A stretch of 64,000 bases of DNA, from the NCBI GenBank assembly GCA_951406725.2, contig OX597825.1, positions 14,260,001 through 14,324,000 on the forward strand, in the 5' to 3' direction. The notes under the pieces are model-generated. The model was not told the DNA's origin and searched no databases. It saw nothing but the letters and a program-made list of their open reading frames with translations. How positions within the stretch are numbered: position 1 is the first letter of the stretch; each line of letters begins with the position of its first letter. Shown here piece by piece: positions 41,025 through 54,364 of this stretch. The position numbers and the translations under genes are program-made. The DNA is from Octopus vulgaris. Lineage: Eukaryota.

Positions 41025-42015
41025 CATATATTACATATCCTACCATTTAATACACCTAATTTGAACAAGCCGCTATTTGTAGTTTCAAGCTTTAAATGTA
41101 CAATAAATTGGCAGATTTGTAAATTATATCTCTATATCTCTAAATCAAGGAACTACGTGTAGCATTTTGATAAATTATGTATATAAAAGGATATATATAT
41201 ATATATATATATCACTGGATGGAGTATACATTAAAAAGCATCTGCAAGTTATTACATAGAAACTCCTACACATGTATGTTTGATTCTCCCCACACCCCAT
41301 ATATATATATATATATGGAAAATCGAGGTTTCAACTTATTCACATTGTCACGGGTTCCGGGGGAAGTAGTAGAAACGTTTGAGATTATCTTCCCATCTTA
41401 TAGGGTCACACTTAAATGCTTCAACTGCTGTGCCAGTGACGCCTTTTTTTTTTTTTGTCAGAAACACACGTGTACTGCTGTCTTTTTTTCTTCAGGCAAG
41501 CATGCTGTTTTTTGTTCTTAATGGCTCGTCAGTTTCTGAAAACACATTCACACACCTCATTTCTCTCCTTCTCTTAGGTACACACACACACACCATTCAC
41601 ACACACACACACATACACACACACACACATACTCACACACGTTCACATATTTCCACTCACACGATCTTATACACACCCATAGGCCGGCATATACACACAC
41701 ACGTACACATGTGCACGTACACATACGTACACACATACGTTCACACTCCGTCATACGCAACCATGCAAACACACACACACACACAGAAATTTGGTAGCCT
41801 CCTGCTACCAAATCTACTCAGAAGGTTATGGTTGGCGGGAGTCTATTGTAGAAGACACTTGGTATCGCCTAGGGGTATCGCAAGGTATCGCAAGGTATCG
41901 CCTAGGGGAGCGAACTCAGAGCTGTGTAGTTCGGAAGCAAGTTTATGAGGAGACAACCAAGCCTGAACCAAAGTGCGTCGTCTTCTAATCTATGGTACTG
42001 CTAGTGAAACTATAA

Positions 42016-42248
42016 GGCGGCGAGCTGGCAGAAACGTTAGCACGCCGGGCAAAATGCGTAGCCGTATTTCGTCTGCCTTTACGTTCTGAGTTCAAATTCC
42101 ACCGAGGTCGACTTTGGCTTTCATCCTTTCGGGGTCAATAAATTAAGTACTAGTTGCGCACTGGGGTCAATGTAATTGACTTAATTCGTTTGTGTGTCGT
42201 TGTTTGTCCTATGTTTAGCCCCTTAGGGGTAGTATAGAAATAGGTATT
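42016..42248 (+). mobile_element. SINE-A full copy
   Basis: Family match. Confidence 0.92.
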
Positions 42249-42338
42249 ACTAGTGAAAACGCAAGTAATAACCAAATTTTGAATAAAATGTGGTTGAATA
42301 CAGATTCAGAAACAGCCATATTGAGAAGAACCAGTACT

Positions 42339-42569
42339 TATTTCTTTACTACCCACAAGGGGTTACACACAGAGGGGACAAACAAGGACAGACAAACGGA
42401 TCAAGTCGATCACATCGACCCCAGTGCGCAACTGGTACTTATTTAATCGATCCCGAAAGGATAAAAGGCAAAGTCGACCTCGGTGGAATTTGAACTCAGA
42501 ACGTAGCGACAGACGAAATACGGCTTAGCATTTCACCCGGCTTGCTAATGTCTCTGCCAGCTAGCCGCC
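42339..42569 (-). mobile_element. SINE-A full copy with 18-bp TSD
   Basis: TSD ttgagaagaaccagtact at 42321-42338 and 42570-42587. Confidence 0.95.
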
Positions 42570-42679
42570 TTGAGAAGAACCAGTACTCTAAGGACAAGAA
42601 ACAAATTTGAAATCAGCATATGAAATACTTACACAAAAAAAAACTAAATGAAAATAGCACATTTTGTCAACCAATGTAA

Positions 42680-43238
42680 TGATAATGATAATAATTAATT
42701 ATAAATGTAATTATAATTGTTTTGCTACTAATAATAATAATATTGTGCTGATTACGATAACAAGATTTGAAAGACATTATATCTATAATAATATGTATAA
42801 TATTGATGATACACATGATTGGAGATATAGGGAAGATGGTAATGATGGTGATGATGGTGATAATGGTGATGATGGTAATTGGATTACGTAATGAAGCAGC
42901 ATAGCGATGTCGATCAGAGATAAGGAGGAAATGTATAGCCATTTCGAAGAAGAGGATATTACGAATAATAATGAGCGTGATTGTTGTATGATAATATTGA
43001 TGGTGACGATGGAGTCGGTGACGATGGAGTCGGAGACGAGGATGATGATGATGAGGATGATGATGATGGTGATGATGATGATGGTAATGATGATGATGAT
43101 AATGATGATAATGATGATGTTGATGATGATGACGATGATGTTGATGATGATGAATAAGATATTGGTGATGATGAAAATGAGGGGGGAAGCGAAGGATGAA
43201 CACGATGATGATGATGATGATGATGACTATGATGATGA

Positions 43239-43269
<31 letters not shown>

Positions 43270-43470
43270 GATGATGATGGTGATGATAAGTTAACGATGA
43301 TGATGACGATGACAACGTTGATGATGACAACGATGATGATGACAACGATGATGATGAAGGTGATGATGATGATGATAATGATGATGACGACGACTCTGAA
43401 GATGATCATGATGGTGATGATGATGATGGTGGTGATAATGATAACGATCATCATCATCATCATCATGGAG
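42680..43470. repeat. Degenerate (GAT)n/(AAT)n trinucleotide field
   Basis: Direct inspection; source of poly-H/M/D/S ORFs. Confidence 0.93.
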
Positions 43471-43784
43471 GTGGTAGTGGTGGTGTGGAGGAAGGGGAGG
43501 AGGATCTGCTGCACACTTTTTAGTTTTTTATCCTTTCCTTTATTTCTGCACGAAAAGTTAACGAGACTAATTATCACAGTTGATGATGTCAAGAATTCTC
43601 TTTCACCCAACTAAATATACAAACGCAAAACGCTAAGAATCAGCATACCTGAGCTAATTCACACAAACTCACACACACACAGTTGCACACACATTTAAAT
43701 ATACACCCCTACCTACACGCATGCACAATGTCACATGTACATATGCATGCTTCTACATGCATAATTATATATATATATATACAT

Positions 43785-43819
<35 letters not shown>

Positions 43820-43924
43820 CCTATACATATATACATATATATATATATATACCTATACATATACATATATACATATACATACATATATATATATACATAT
43901 ATATACATACATACATATATATAC

Positions 43925-43971
<47 letters not shown>

Positions 43972-44128
43972 CACATACACACACAGTTAGCGGTTCGGCA
44001 AAAGAGAACGATAGAATATGTACTTGGCTTACAAGGAATAAGCCCTGCGGTCGATTTGTTCAGCTAAAAAGGCGATGTTCCAGCATGGCCGCAGTCAAAT
44101 GACTGAAGAGAAATAAAAGAATAAATGA

Positions 44129-44159
<31 letters not shown>

Positions 44160-44177
44160 CATACACAATACATACGC

Positions 44178-44232
<55 letters not shown>

Positions 44233-44561
44233 TATATACATATTTGTATATATATTTATGTATGCCTGTGTGTGTGTGTGTCTGCATGCATGAATGTATG
44301 TATGTGCTTACCACATTTACAAGGCACACGCATCAAAAACAATATAACACGAAAAAAATATATATTAAAAACAGAGAGAAAGAGATTTAAGCAGAAAGCA
44401 TCTCCTCTGAATAACAACGTGACCGAAAACAGTTGAGTAATATCGTTTACCGAGCATCGTTACTCGAGTTGCTATTTTGGAAGAATGCAAAATACAGAAG
44501 AAGAAAAAATCTTCACTGTCATTGTAAAAATCTCTTGGGAAATTTTGGTTAGCATATATGA

Positions 44562-44599
<38 letters not shown>

Positions 44600-44945
44600 A
44601 TTTGTGTGTTCATTTGTACTTTTTACTAAACATTGTATCCAAGCGAGTAATGATCTGGGACACCATAAGCTGATGTTAACACACACGTGATAATAATTCA
44701 TTCTGATCTATTTAAACCACGGATAATTGAAGTAATCGTGTTTGTGCGCGTCTGTGTATGCGAATGTATATATGTATGCATGTGTGTATGTGTGTGTGTG
44801 TGTGTGTGTGTGTATGCGGGCGTAGGTGGAATGTTTAAACATCATTTGAAAGGCTGAGAAGTGAAAAAAAAAGGACAAAATTCGTGGCATCTTTAATTAG
44901 GAGATCGCTTCTAGGAGCACAGCACATGCAATATTTATGCATGTA

Positions 44946-44982
<37 letters not shown>

Positions 44983-45001
44983 TTATATATATATATATAT
45001 G

Positions 45002-45039
<38 letters not shown>

Positions 45040-45144
45040 TATATATGCACATACCTATATATATGCGTATATGCATATAGACATACACATGCAATGGTAT
45101 CTCTATGCCCTTGTGCCCACATATGTATATATGTATTTTTAATT

Positions 45145-45180
<36 letters not shown>

Positions 45181-45360
45181 TACACATTGTCTTCGTTATC
45201 ATTATTGAGTGAGACCATGAAAAGACATTTGTGCTGCATATAAGAAGGAAACAGTGCATATTATTCTCTCTGCAACATTTTTGTTAATAAATATGTTGGC
45301 TCTCAGTTTTTAGACATTGAATTCTTCATTCTCAGAGATCGAAACATATCTGTTTGAACT

Positions 45361-45421
<61 letters not shown>

Positions 45422-45562
45422 TATAAACAATCTAATATCACGGCATATTAGATTCCTCAATGGAAAAAAAAGTGGGTTTACCGCATGCATGGGATACAGA
45501 ACCGCACCAACGCACCCGCGCGCGTCTTTAATCTTATAAAATATTATTATTTGCAGAATGTA

Positions 45563-45960
45563 AGGCGGTGAGCTGGCAGAAACGTTAGCACGCTGGACGA
45601 AATGCGTAGCCGTATTTCGTCTGCCGTTACGTTCTGAGTTCAAATTCCGCTGAGCTCGACTTTGCCTTTCATCTTTTCGGGGTCTATTTAATAAGTACCA
45701 GTTACGCACTGGGGTCGATATAATCGACTTAATCCGTGTGTCTTCCTAGTTTGTCCCCTCTATGTTTAGCCCCTTGTGGGTAGTAAAGAAATCGGCATTT
45801 CGCCAGTCACTTACGTTCAAAGTTCAAGCTCCTCAGAGGGCGATTTTGCCTTCTATCGTTTCGGGGTTCGATAACTTAGACACCAGTGAAACACTAGGAC
45901 GATGTAATCGTCTTGTCCCCTCTCACCAAATTTCCGCTCTTGTACCTTTAGTAGAAAGGA
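45563..45960 (+). mobile_element. SINE-A joined to an older headless SINE-A variant
   Basis: Near-consensus unit 45563-45795, diverged unit 45795-45960. Confidence 0.85.
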
Positions 45961-46019
45961 TTATTTACAGAATATATATATACAGAATATATATATATAT
46001 AGCTTTCTTGTTTGGATTA

Positions 46020-46075
<56 letters not shown>

Positions 46076-46610
46076 AGTGTGTGTGCGCGTATAAACGCTG
46101 TTTATTTGAATATGTAATGAATTTATAAATTCAAATTTTGATAAAGTATAATTCAACAAGATAAATTCTTGTTTGCCACACTCTTTGAAATAAAGACCTA
46201 TTCCACCATTCTATTGACTCTGATCTTCTTTAATCTGATATTCTCAAGGGAAGCATCTTCTCAGTTTGTTGCCCTTCATATGTCTCCGATTGTCTATTTG
46301 TTTGTCTTTTACACCGAGTTGCTTCTCTTCCATCTTTTCCTTCTTCTCGCTCTTAACTATTCTCACTTTCACTCCTTGTTAATTTGACGCTTCAAATATC
46401 GTAGCTTCATTTGCTCAACTTCATCTAATTTTAATCCTCGCTCCGTACGCACACATACGCACATACTCACAGGCATAGGCAGACAGATAGACAGACAGAC
46501 TCCTTTCTGTCCCTTTCGTTTTCGATGTCTCTCTCTCTCTCTCACACATTCGCATACACTCTGAAGATTGCCCTTCCGGATAATGTAATAAACAGCTCGT
46601 CCTTAACCTC

Positions 46611-46741
46611 ACTCACCTCTTAAATCTACAGCTATCACAAACTAACTTTCTATAGTTTGCTAGCCACCTACTTTGACGTCGTTTCGCTTGCGTGATGAAA
46701 GCAGCTAATAGAAGGTGACATGTGACTTGGCCTTTTATATA
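46611..46741 (-). promoter_or_regulatory. Candidate TATA promoter, ~90-nt non-coding first exon and splice donor
   Basis: Minus TATATAAAAGG at 46741-46731, ctATTAGc ~30 nt downstream, AG|GTGAGT donor at 46617/46616; in a repeat-poor island. Confidence 0.35.
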
Positions 46742-47011
46742 GAGTGACACTGAACATCAAAGCAATTATCTCACCTCTCTGAACATACGACAATACCAAT
46801 AAGTAGTCGTTTGACCTACCATATTTTGCCGTTAATTCCACTTCTACTCACACATTGTAAAAAACCATATTGTATAAAATGGAGTCTAAGCGCAAAATGG
46901 TTGATAGAAAGATAAAACGTTCATCACTAATGTCTTTGATCGTTCAACTGTTCGATAAGTGCAGTATTAGGTTTTCTTAAGAACGAATTAATTTCGGCTG
47001 ATGAAGAAGCA

Positions 47012-47104
47012 ATAACAGTGATTAAGAGATATAACAGCGATTATCTGCAAGATATAACAGTGATTATCTGCAGATATAACAGTGGTTATCTGCAAGATAT
47101 TACA
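47012..47104. repeat. ~22-bp minisatellite (agatataacagtgattatctgca), ~4 units
   Basis: Direct inspection. Confidence 0.85.
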
Positions 47105-47882
47105 GGCAATTTACCTCAAATCTCATAATCCTCCAATCATCTGAAAAATGATACCTACGTTATATATTAGAATCCTAGATAAACAACACTCGGAAAAGAA
47201 TTACCAAAATTGGTTTGGTTCAACGGCGGAGGCCATTCTGTGGGCCATTCGGAGAACCCTTGAATTTGATGTCAACATCTTGCGTTTGCCGTCTAGACAA
47301 ACTTACGCTGCTGACAGAAAGTGCGTCCTCCTAAAAGTCTAAATCGAAGCCGACCGCCAATAGCTGTTAATTCCTGAAATGCCATAGCTTTGGCCTGAAC
47401 GCACTTTAACATAATCATATTTAGCGAGTGCTAACCTCGATTAAACCACTGTATCATTATGGGGAGAATTTTAATAAAACACAGGCAGGGAATAAAAATA
47501 TACAATATATTTCAAAGGAAGCAGGAAAAAATTGTTTTCGCATGGTAAAAAGAGACGAATAATGTTACAATTTAGACGGTTTATTCTGAAATATTGTCAT
47601 TGCGTTTACAATTTGGGTGATTGATTGATTGTTTGTCCGCGAAACCAACGACTCCGATTCGGTCCGTAAGGAAATAAATAAGGAAAGTAAATCATGCAGC
47701 CAAGAAAACTAATTTTTTAAATCTGTTCCCATTCATGTCCTACTTAGTTGTTACTTCCTGTTGTAGGATTTAATATTAGTTCAAATGAAACAAAAATTTC
47801 GAGGGAACAATATAGTAACTACTAAAGGAAACAGCTCTCTCCATCTTTCTTTATCTATCTTTCAGTCTATCTGCTTGACTGT

Positions 47883-47883
<1 letters not shown>

Positions 47884-47972
<89 letters not shown>

Positions 47973-48282
47973 AACTATCTACACACACACACATTTATAT
48001 TTAACGAAGGAAGGTAATTGCAAACATACAAGCCTACGAATATATGTGTGAGTGTGCGTGTGTGTATGTGTGTGTGTTTGTACACACACACATTTTTTCC
48101 CAATCTGACAAACAGAAAACATTTCGTAGATTTTTATTACCTTTTCCGAAAATTGCAGTTTCCCTTTCTCGAAGAGAAACTTCAGCTATGATTACAAGTA
48201 CACGCGCATACATGCACATAGACAGACAGACAGACATATAGCTAAATAGATAGACAGACAGATAGATAGATAGATAGATAGT

Positions 48283-48335
<53 letters not shown>

Positions 48336-48348
48336 GGATGGATGGATG

Positions 48349-48411
<63 letters not shown>

Positions 48412-48548
48412 GGATGGATGAATGGATGGATGGATGGATAGATAAACAGACAGACAGATAGGTAAATACACATACATACATACATACATACATACATGCA
48501 TACATACATGCATACATACATACATATATGCATACATACATACATGCA

Positions 48549-48578
<30 letters not shown>
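47884..48578. repeat. (TCTA)n and opposite-orientation (TAGA)n/(CATA)n arrays
   Basis: Direct inspection. Confidence 0.9.
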
Positions 48579-48579
<1 letters not shown>

Positions 48580-49160
48580 GGGTGTACCTCTGTGTGAGAG
48601 AAGCGTGTGTCTATGCGTGTTTGTGTGAGTGTGTGTGTATGAGGGAAAAAGTGGAAGAGAAATAGAGAGACAGAGTAGTTTTGAATGAGTGACTCCGTGC
48701 GTTTATTTGAGTACAGTATGTGTATTTGTATTCTAGTCCTATAGTGTTTGCTTGTGTCTTTTTTTTTTTTGGTTTTTGGTTTATTTCGTTTGTATATTTG
48801 TCTGTAAGTGTTCCGTTGCAGAATGACCAAGGGGAAAGTTATAAAAGAACGCCGGTTTTCTCACTATAGAGTTCCTGACAAATCACTTCCATAATTCAAG
48901 TTGAAATGTGCGCGTTTGGTTGAGAAATCGCGTATATTTATCGAATGGTTCTCTCACATCTAAACTGTGAATGCATTCTGTGTTAGTGACCTATAAACTC
49001 CAATAAATGTGTCAGTTCATATGGTCCGTTCTGTATTCTACGACGAAACAATCATTTCCAGCTTGGGGGAGGGGGGGGGGGGAGAAACAATTTCGAAGCA
49101 GATGTGTGATAATATGATGCTGCTTCTTATTGTAATGAACGCAGTAAAGGCTGAAAGTAT

Positions 49161-49361
49161 AGCAGCGAGCTGGCAGAAACGTTAGCACACCGGGCAGAAT
49201 GCGTACCAGTATTTCGTCTGCCGTTACGTTCTGAGTTCAAATTCCGCCGAGGTCGACTTTGCCTTTCAATCTTTCGGGGTCGATTATATAAGTACCAGTT
49301 ACGCACTGGGGTCGATATAATCGACTTAATCCGTGTGTCTGTCCTAGTTTGTCCCCTCTAT
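49161..49361 (+). mobile_element. SINE-A, 3'-truncated
   Basis: Family match. Confidence 0.9.
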
Positions 49362-49544
49362 GCATTTAGTAGTACGTTGTTGCTTTCAGATTTGAAAATC
49401 TTGTCCTGAGCCTCTGCAAGAAACTATTTTAACTGGTCGATTTGTATACTCGTTGGAACATCACCAAAAATTAGTTGCGGTATTTAGCCGGCAATTCCAA
49501 GATTAACATTTTTTTTATTTTACAATGATTAATACAATTAGGAG

Positions 49545-49878
49545 GAGAAGACACTCTTCGGTCATGAATGACCATGGGATTGCACCTAGAAAGTTACCCT
49601 CGGTGGCCCAATCAGGGCAAGATTGTTTGTGGAAGACCAGCAGTCGCCAATGCATACAAGCCTCCCTTCTCCACACCACCAGTGTTATCCAAGGGAAAGG
49701 CAAAAGCCGATACAGCTTGGCACCAGTGATGTCGTAACTCTTTACAGATGAGTGAGCTGGAGCAACGTGAAATAAAGTGCCTTGCCCAAGAACACAACGC
49801 ACAGTCCAGTCCGGGAATCGAACTCACAACCTCACGATCGTAAGCTCGACGCTCTAACCACTGAGCCATGCGCCTTCA
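49545..49878 (-). mobile_element. SINE-D (tRNA head plus CORE-like segment)
   Basis: Minus GAAGGCGCATGGCTCAGTGGTTAGAGCG...GAGTTCGATTCCC...TGTGTTCTTGGGCAAGGCACTT. Confidence 0.88.
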
Positions 49879-49989
49879 TTAATTTAAGTGATTCCCCCAC
49901 CCTCTAAAATATGTGGCTTTGAGCGTATGTTACCTACCCTTGTTATGTTTAGTATTATGTTTTAAATGCTTCTGTTTATTTAATTTTTA

Positions 49990-50415
49990 TTTACTCTTTA
50001 CTCTTTTACTCTTTTACTTGTTTCAGTCATTTGACTGCGGCCATGCTGGAGCACCGCCTTTAATCGAGCAACTCGACCCCGGGACTTATTCTTTTGTAAG
50101 CCCAGTACTTATTCTATCGGTCTCTTTTGCCGAACCGCTAAGTAACGGGGACATAAACACACCAACATCGGTTGTCAAGCAATGCTAGGGGGACAAACGC
50201 AGACGCACAAACACACACACACGCATATATATATATATATATACATATATACGACGGGCTTCTTTCAGTTTCCGTCTACCAAATCCACTCACAAGGCTTT
50301 GGTCGGCTCGAGGCTATAGTAGAAGACACTTGCCCAAGGTGCCACGCAGTGGGACTGAACCCGGAACCATGTGTTTGGTAAACAAGCTACTTACCTCACA
50401 GCCACTCCTGCGCCT
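49990..50415 (-). mobile_element. SINE-B full copy
   Basis: Family match, (GAGTAAAA)n tail. Confidence 0.93.
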
Positions 50416-51156
50416 ATTTACTTATTTATTTATATATTTATTTATTTATTTATCCATTCATTGGTTTATATATTTATGTATATTTCCAGCTTCCTCTGTT
50501 GCAGTAACATAATCCTCTATCTAGTTTTTCTTTGTATTAAATTTCTATTCTTTTTCAAACATTGATTTCCGAAATGTTTCTAAGTTTTTCTATAATAGGT
50601 ATCTTATCTACATGTTCTTTTCGCATTTGGTAGGATTATTTTGTAAAGAATGTATTTTTAAAGACTCACATTTCCCTAATTCTTATGCATTTTAAAATTT
50701 ATTATTTGCTTAAATATTTCCAGTGTTTGTTGATGTGTTTTCGCATTGTTGATGTTATATTTATATTATCCTGTGTACCGTATTCATCTTATATATTTCT
50801 TGAAATATTGCCTACTCTAATTTGGGTTATCTTACATTCTTCAGTACAGAAATTTTCTATCCCATTCTTTAATTTAGCCTTCCAGTCTTTTGTTCATCAC
50901 TGGTATTTCTTATCATCTTGTATGAATACATTTTTGCCAAATGTATTCGCATTTTCAATTACAAAAAGAATACAAGTGTAGACTAAGTTATTCGACTTGC
51001 GTATATCCACAGAAACTATGTTTTAGCGTTTAAATTTTCTTTCTACAATAAAGTAGTTTAATCTCTGCCTATGATCCAGAGGGATGTGTTTAAAATATTG
51101 AGTTGCTATCATACTAATTACTTCAGTTGTTCAGCAACTAAGGCTATTCATGATAC

Positions 51157-51432
51157 GGTAGCACATGGCCTAGTGGTTAGAGCAGCGGACTCGGAATCGT
51201 GGGTCCAAATCTCAGACCGGGTGATGTGTGTGTTTATGAGCGAAACACCTAAGGTTCACGCGCCTCCGGCAGAATGTAATGGCGAACTTCTGCTGACTCT
51301 TTCGCCCCAACTTTCTCTCACTCTTTCCTCTTGCATCTTGCAGCTTGCCTGCGACGGAACGGCGTCCCGTCCGGATGGGGAATCCATACGCCAAGGAAAC
51401 CGGTCCTTATGAGCCAGGGATGGTTCGAGAAA
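51157..51432 (+). mobile_element. Chimeric SINE: C-type head plus V-domain-like tail
   Basis: TGGCCTAGTGGTTAG head, gagcgaaacacctaag body as in SINE-C, then CCTGCGACGGAACGGCGTCCCGTCC. Confidence 0.8.
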
Positions 51433-51477
51433 GTACTAGTTCGTTTTTTGTGCTCTCAAATATAAATTTAATGAAAT

Positions 51478-51560
51478 CTTGTGCTGATGAAAGGAATATT
51501 GGAATAGGGTTGTATTTCTAGCATCTCTATATCCAGTTAACCCAGAAACGCGTTCACAAG
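51478..51560 (+). ncRNA. Type I hammerhead ribozyme, canonical core, extended helix II
   Basis: CTTGTG CTGATGA [54-nt hairpin TTGGA/TCCAG, ATAGGG/CTCTAT] GAAA CGCG TT CACAAG; 6-bp perfect stem I. Confidence 0.8.
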
Positions 51561-51954
51561 TGATCAATCTTTCGAGTGAACTTTCGTTATTTTTCCCTCT
51601 ATACCGGCGTGAAATGTTTTTGAGTATACATTATCTGGGAGACTCCTCTTAAAGTAGAAGACATAGCTAAATATTTTGGCTGCTATTTCTAAAAGTTCGG
51701 TGTGTGGTAAAGCAAAATATTTGCTGAACCCTAATTATATAAAATAATGTTTAAATTTCCCATAAATGGTCCTTTTACATACTGAACACTGATTGTTAAA
51801 ATTCTTAATTACTAATTAATTAATTAATTTTACCCTTATTATTATATATGCATATCTATCAATGTAAATATATACATGAATGTATACCATACATATGTAT
51901 ACACACACATACACACACACACACACTTATATATATATATACATGTTTGGATAC

Positions 51955-52029
<75 letters not shown>

Positions 52030-52061
52030 AATAAATATATATATACATACATATATACATA

Positions 52062-52099
<38 letters not shown>

Positions 52100-52907
52100 C
52101 ATGCATACATACATACATACATATGTATATATATATTGTTGAAAGTGACAGGGAAGTTTGGGCCAGATAAGCTATCGTAGGAGTACAAAAGTAATGAGTA
52201 ATCCATCAGATTATATAAAAATGTTCTTATTATAGCTACTCATATAAAGCAAATATGTATATACTGTTAACATATACACACGTGTGTGTGTGCACGAGTC
52301 TGTGCGTGTGTAATTTTAATACTACGTGTCATGCCAATGTTAAGTAATTACACTTATATTATGCAGAACCGATACTATCATTAAACAATACAACTGTGTG
52401 CCATTGCGATTTTCCTGCAATACATACATTTATATATATATATCATTCGATATAGCAGAGAAAAATCGATTACTAAGCAGTTTGACCTACTACCTTATTG
52501 ACTATTCTATGCTGACATTTATAACCTGCGTTGTGAATATCTGATGTCTATCATGGAAAAGTATTGAACACGAAGTGATTATATTACTGTGATTAAACTT
52601 AGTGTCTTAGAGCTGTCTGAAATATTTGGTTCAGTTATAAAACTTCATCCAAATGTAAGAATGAGCTATGGCGTTAATTCATTTTCAATTTACTTTTCTT
52701 TGCGTGGGTTTCCATATCTTGGATTTGTATCAAGAATTTTTGAACTTGAAGAATAGGATTTAGATTAAGTGTTTAGACATTTCGTTGCTATTATTTCTTC
52801 ATCCGATGAGGTTGAATGCTGAAGAAGATGAAACGTTCTGAATGCGAGCGTCCTGGATGGATTGGTTAAGAAATTTGCCTTACAGTCAGAGGGTCTCAAT
52901 ATTAATC

Positions 52908-53145
52908 TTATTTCTTATTTCTTTATTGCCCACAAGGGGCTAAACATAAAGGGGACAAACAAGGACAGACAAACGGATTAAGTCGGTTATATCGACTCCA
53001 GTGCGGAACTGGTACTTAATTTATCGATCCCGAAAGAATGAAAGGCAAAGTTGACCTCGGCGGAATTTGAACTCTGAACGTAACGGCAGACGAAATAGCG
53101 CTAAGCATTTCGGCCGTCGCGTTAACGTTTCTGCCAGCTCGCCGT
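52908..53145 (-). mobile_element. SINE-A full copy
   Basis: Family match. Confidence 0.92.
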
Positions 53146-53359
53146 CTTTTAATCTTATTGCTCCCGAGTTACTCCAAGCCTCCTCGGTAAGAAAAAAGGG
53201 GGCTGAGTGGAATCCTGTAGGAAGTATTTCATGGTGTGTAGTGAAGCTCGCTTGTGATGAATGGTTTTTGCGTGAGCATGTGACGAGTGCCTACTTCTTT
53301 AGCGCTGGAACTACCCATGTCTTGTGAGTGAATTTGGTAGACGGAAACTGTGTAGATGC

Positions 53360-53402
<43 letters not shown>

Positions 53403-53430
53403 AAGTAAGCAACAAGGATATCCAGAGATA

Positions 53431-53524
53431 ATGCAGTACGATCGTTTCATGTGATTTCATTTAATTGAACAATGCAATCATTTCATTACATCAATTTAAA
53501 ATGTAGAGCAATCTTCAGCTGCAC
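53431..53524 (-). ncRNA. Type I hammerhead with long helix II (family C) in TA-flanked module 53401-53590
   Basis: Minus: GTGCAG CTGAAGA [~63 nt] GAAA CGATCG TA CTGCAT. Confidence 0.78.
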
Positions 53525-53588
53525 AAAGACATAGAATTTAATTAAATTAGGACACATTAGTATAATTTTACCCAAAATCTCCAAGAGA

Positions 53589-53643
<55 letters not shown>

Positions 53644-53658
53644 GTGTATGTATGTATG

Positions 53659-53875
53659 CAGTAATCCATCGATTATCGCGGGTGTTAGGTTCCAAACACC
53701 CTGCGAAAAGTGAAAATCTGCCAAGTAGAAACAGTACTTCACTGTAGGTTATTTTATTATTATATTAATTTGTATATATTTATTTTATTATAAATGCAAA
53801 GCAACACCACGGTGGGATCGACGTAAGCTTTAATATTCAACTGCGATAGGGGAACCACGATATGGCGAAGGATTA

Positions 53876-53878
<3 letters not shown>
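53659..53878. mobile_element. pogo/Tigger-type MITE
   Basis: TIRs cagtaatccatcgattatcgcgg / ccacgatatggcgaaggattactg, TA flank on the right. Confidence 0.75.
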
Positions 53879-53932
<54 letters not shown>

Positions 53933-54083
53933 AATTAAGGACTGAACACGAAAAGTGGACAGTCAACATGCTAGATATAGACGTCAAATCGCCATTCACC
54001 ACAAAAGATTATGTTCTCAGATCAAACTCAACACAAAACCATAGCAATAAACAAGTGAAAAATATACGAAATAAAATAATTAC

Positions 54084-54148
54084 CCATGTACTAACTTAGT
54101 TTCAGCTGTTATTTTCTGCAAGGAAAACTGCAGCCATCATCAGCATGG
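54084..54148 (-). ncRNA. Type I hammerhead ribozyme (left arm copy)
   Basis: Mirror of 54365-54429. Confidence 0.82.
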
Positions 54149-54364
54149 TCCGTTATAAATGTAATTTGCTGGACTAGATGCATCTACCAAATTCACTCAC
54201 AAGACATGGGTAGTTCCAGCGCTAAAGAAGTAGGCACTCGTCACATGCTCACGCAAAAACCATTCATTTGAAAGATATATTCAAATGTAATAGGCTGAAC
54301 TCCATGCACGCGATATTTCGGTATCGTGTTTGCATCTAGTCCAGCAAATTACATTTATAACGGA

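Noticed and set aside
42667-43614. His-, Met-, Asp- and Ser-rich ORFs
   Set aside because: (GAT)n repeat artefacts open in several frames
46995-47104. CTGATGA plus short tandem units as HHR or CRISPR-like array
   Set aside because: No GAAA or stems; units lack unique spacers; eukaryotic context
49800-49878. tRNA gene-like sequence (also 26790-26866)
   Set aside because: A/B boxes present but continuous with SINE bodies; no convincing cloverleaf or terminator
50520-51020. Possible LINE ORF1 relic on minus strand
   Set aside because: Purine-skewed but too many stops and no diagnostic motif
52798-52842. ttcat CCGATGA ... GAAACGTT ctgaa hammerhead-like string
   Set aside because: Helix II barely pairs and the first stem I pair is mismatched; no TA-bounded module; could be chance or an extreme relic
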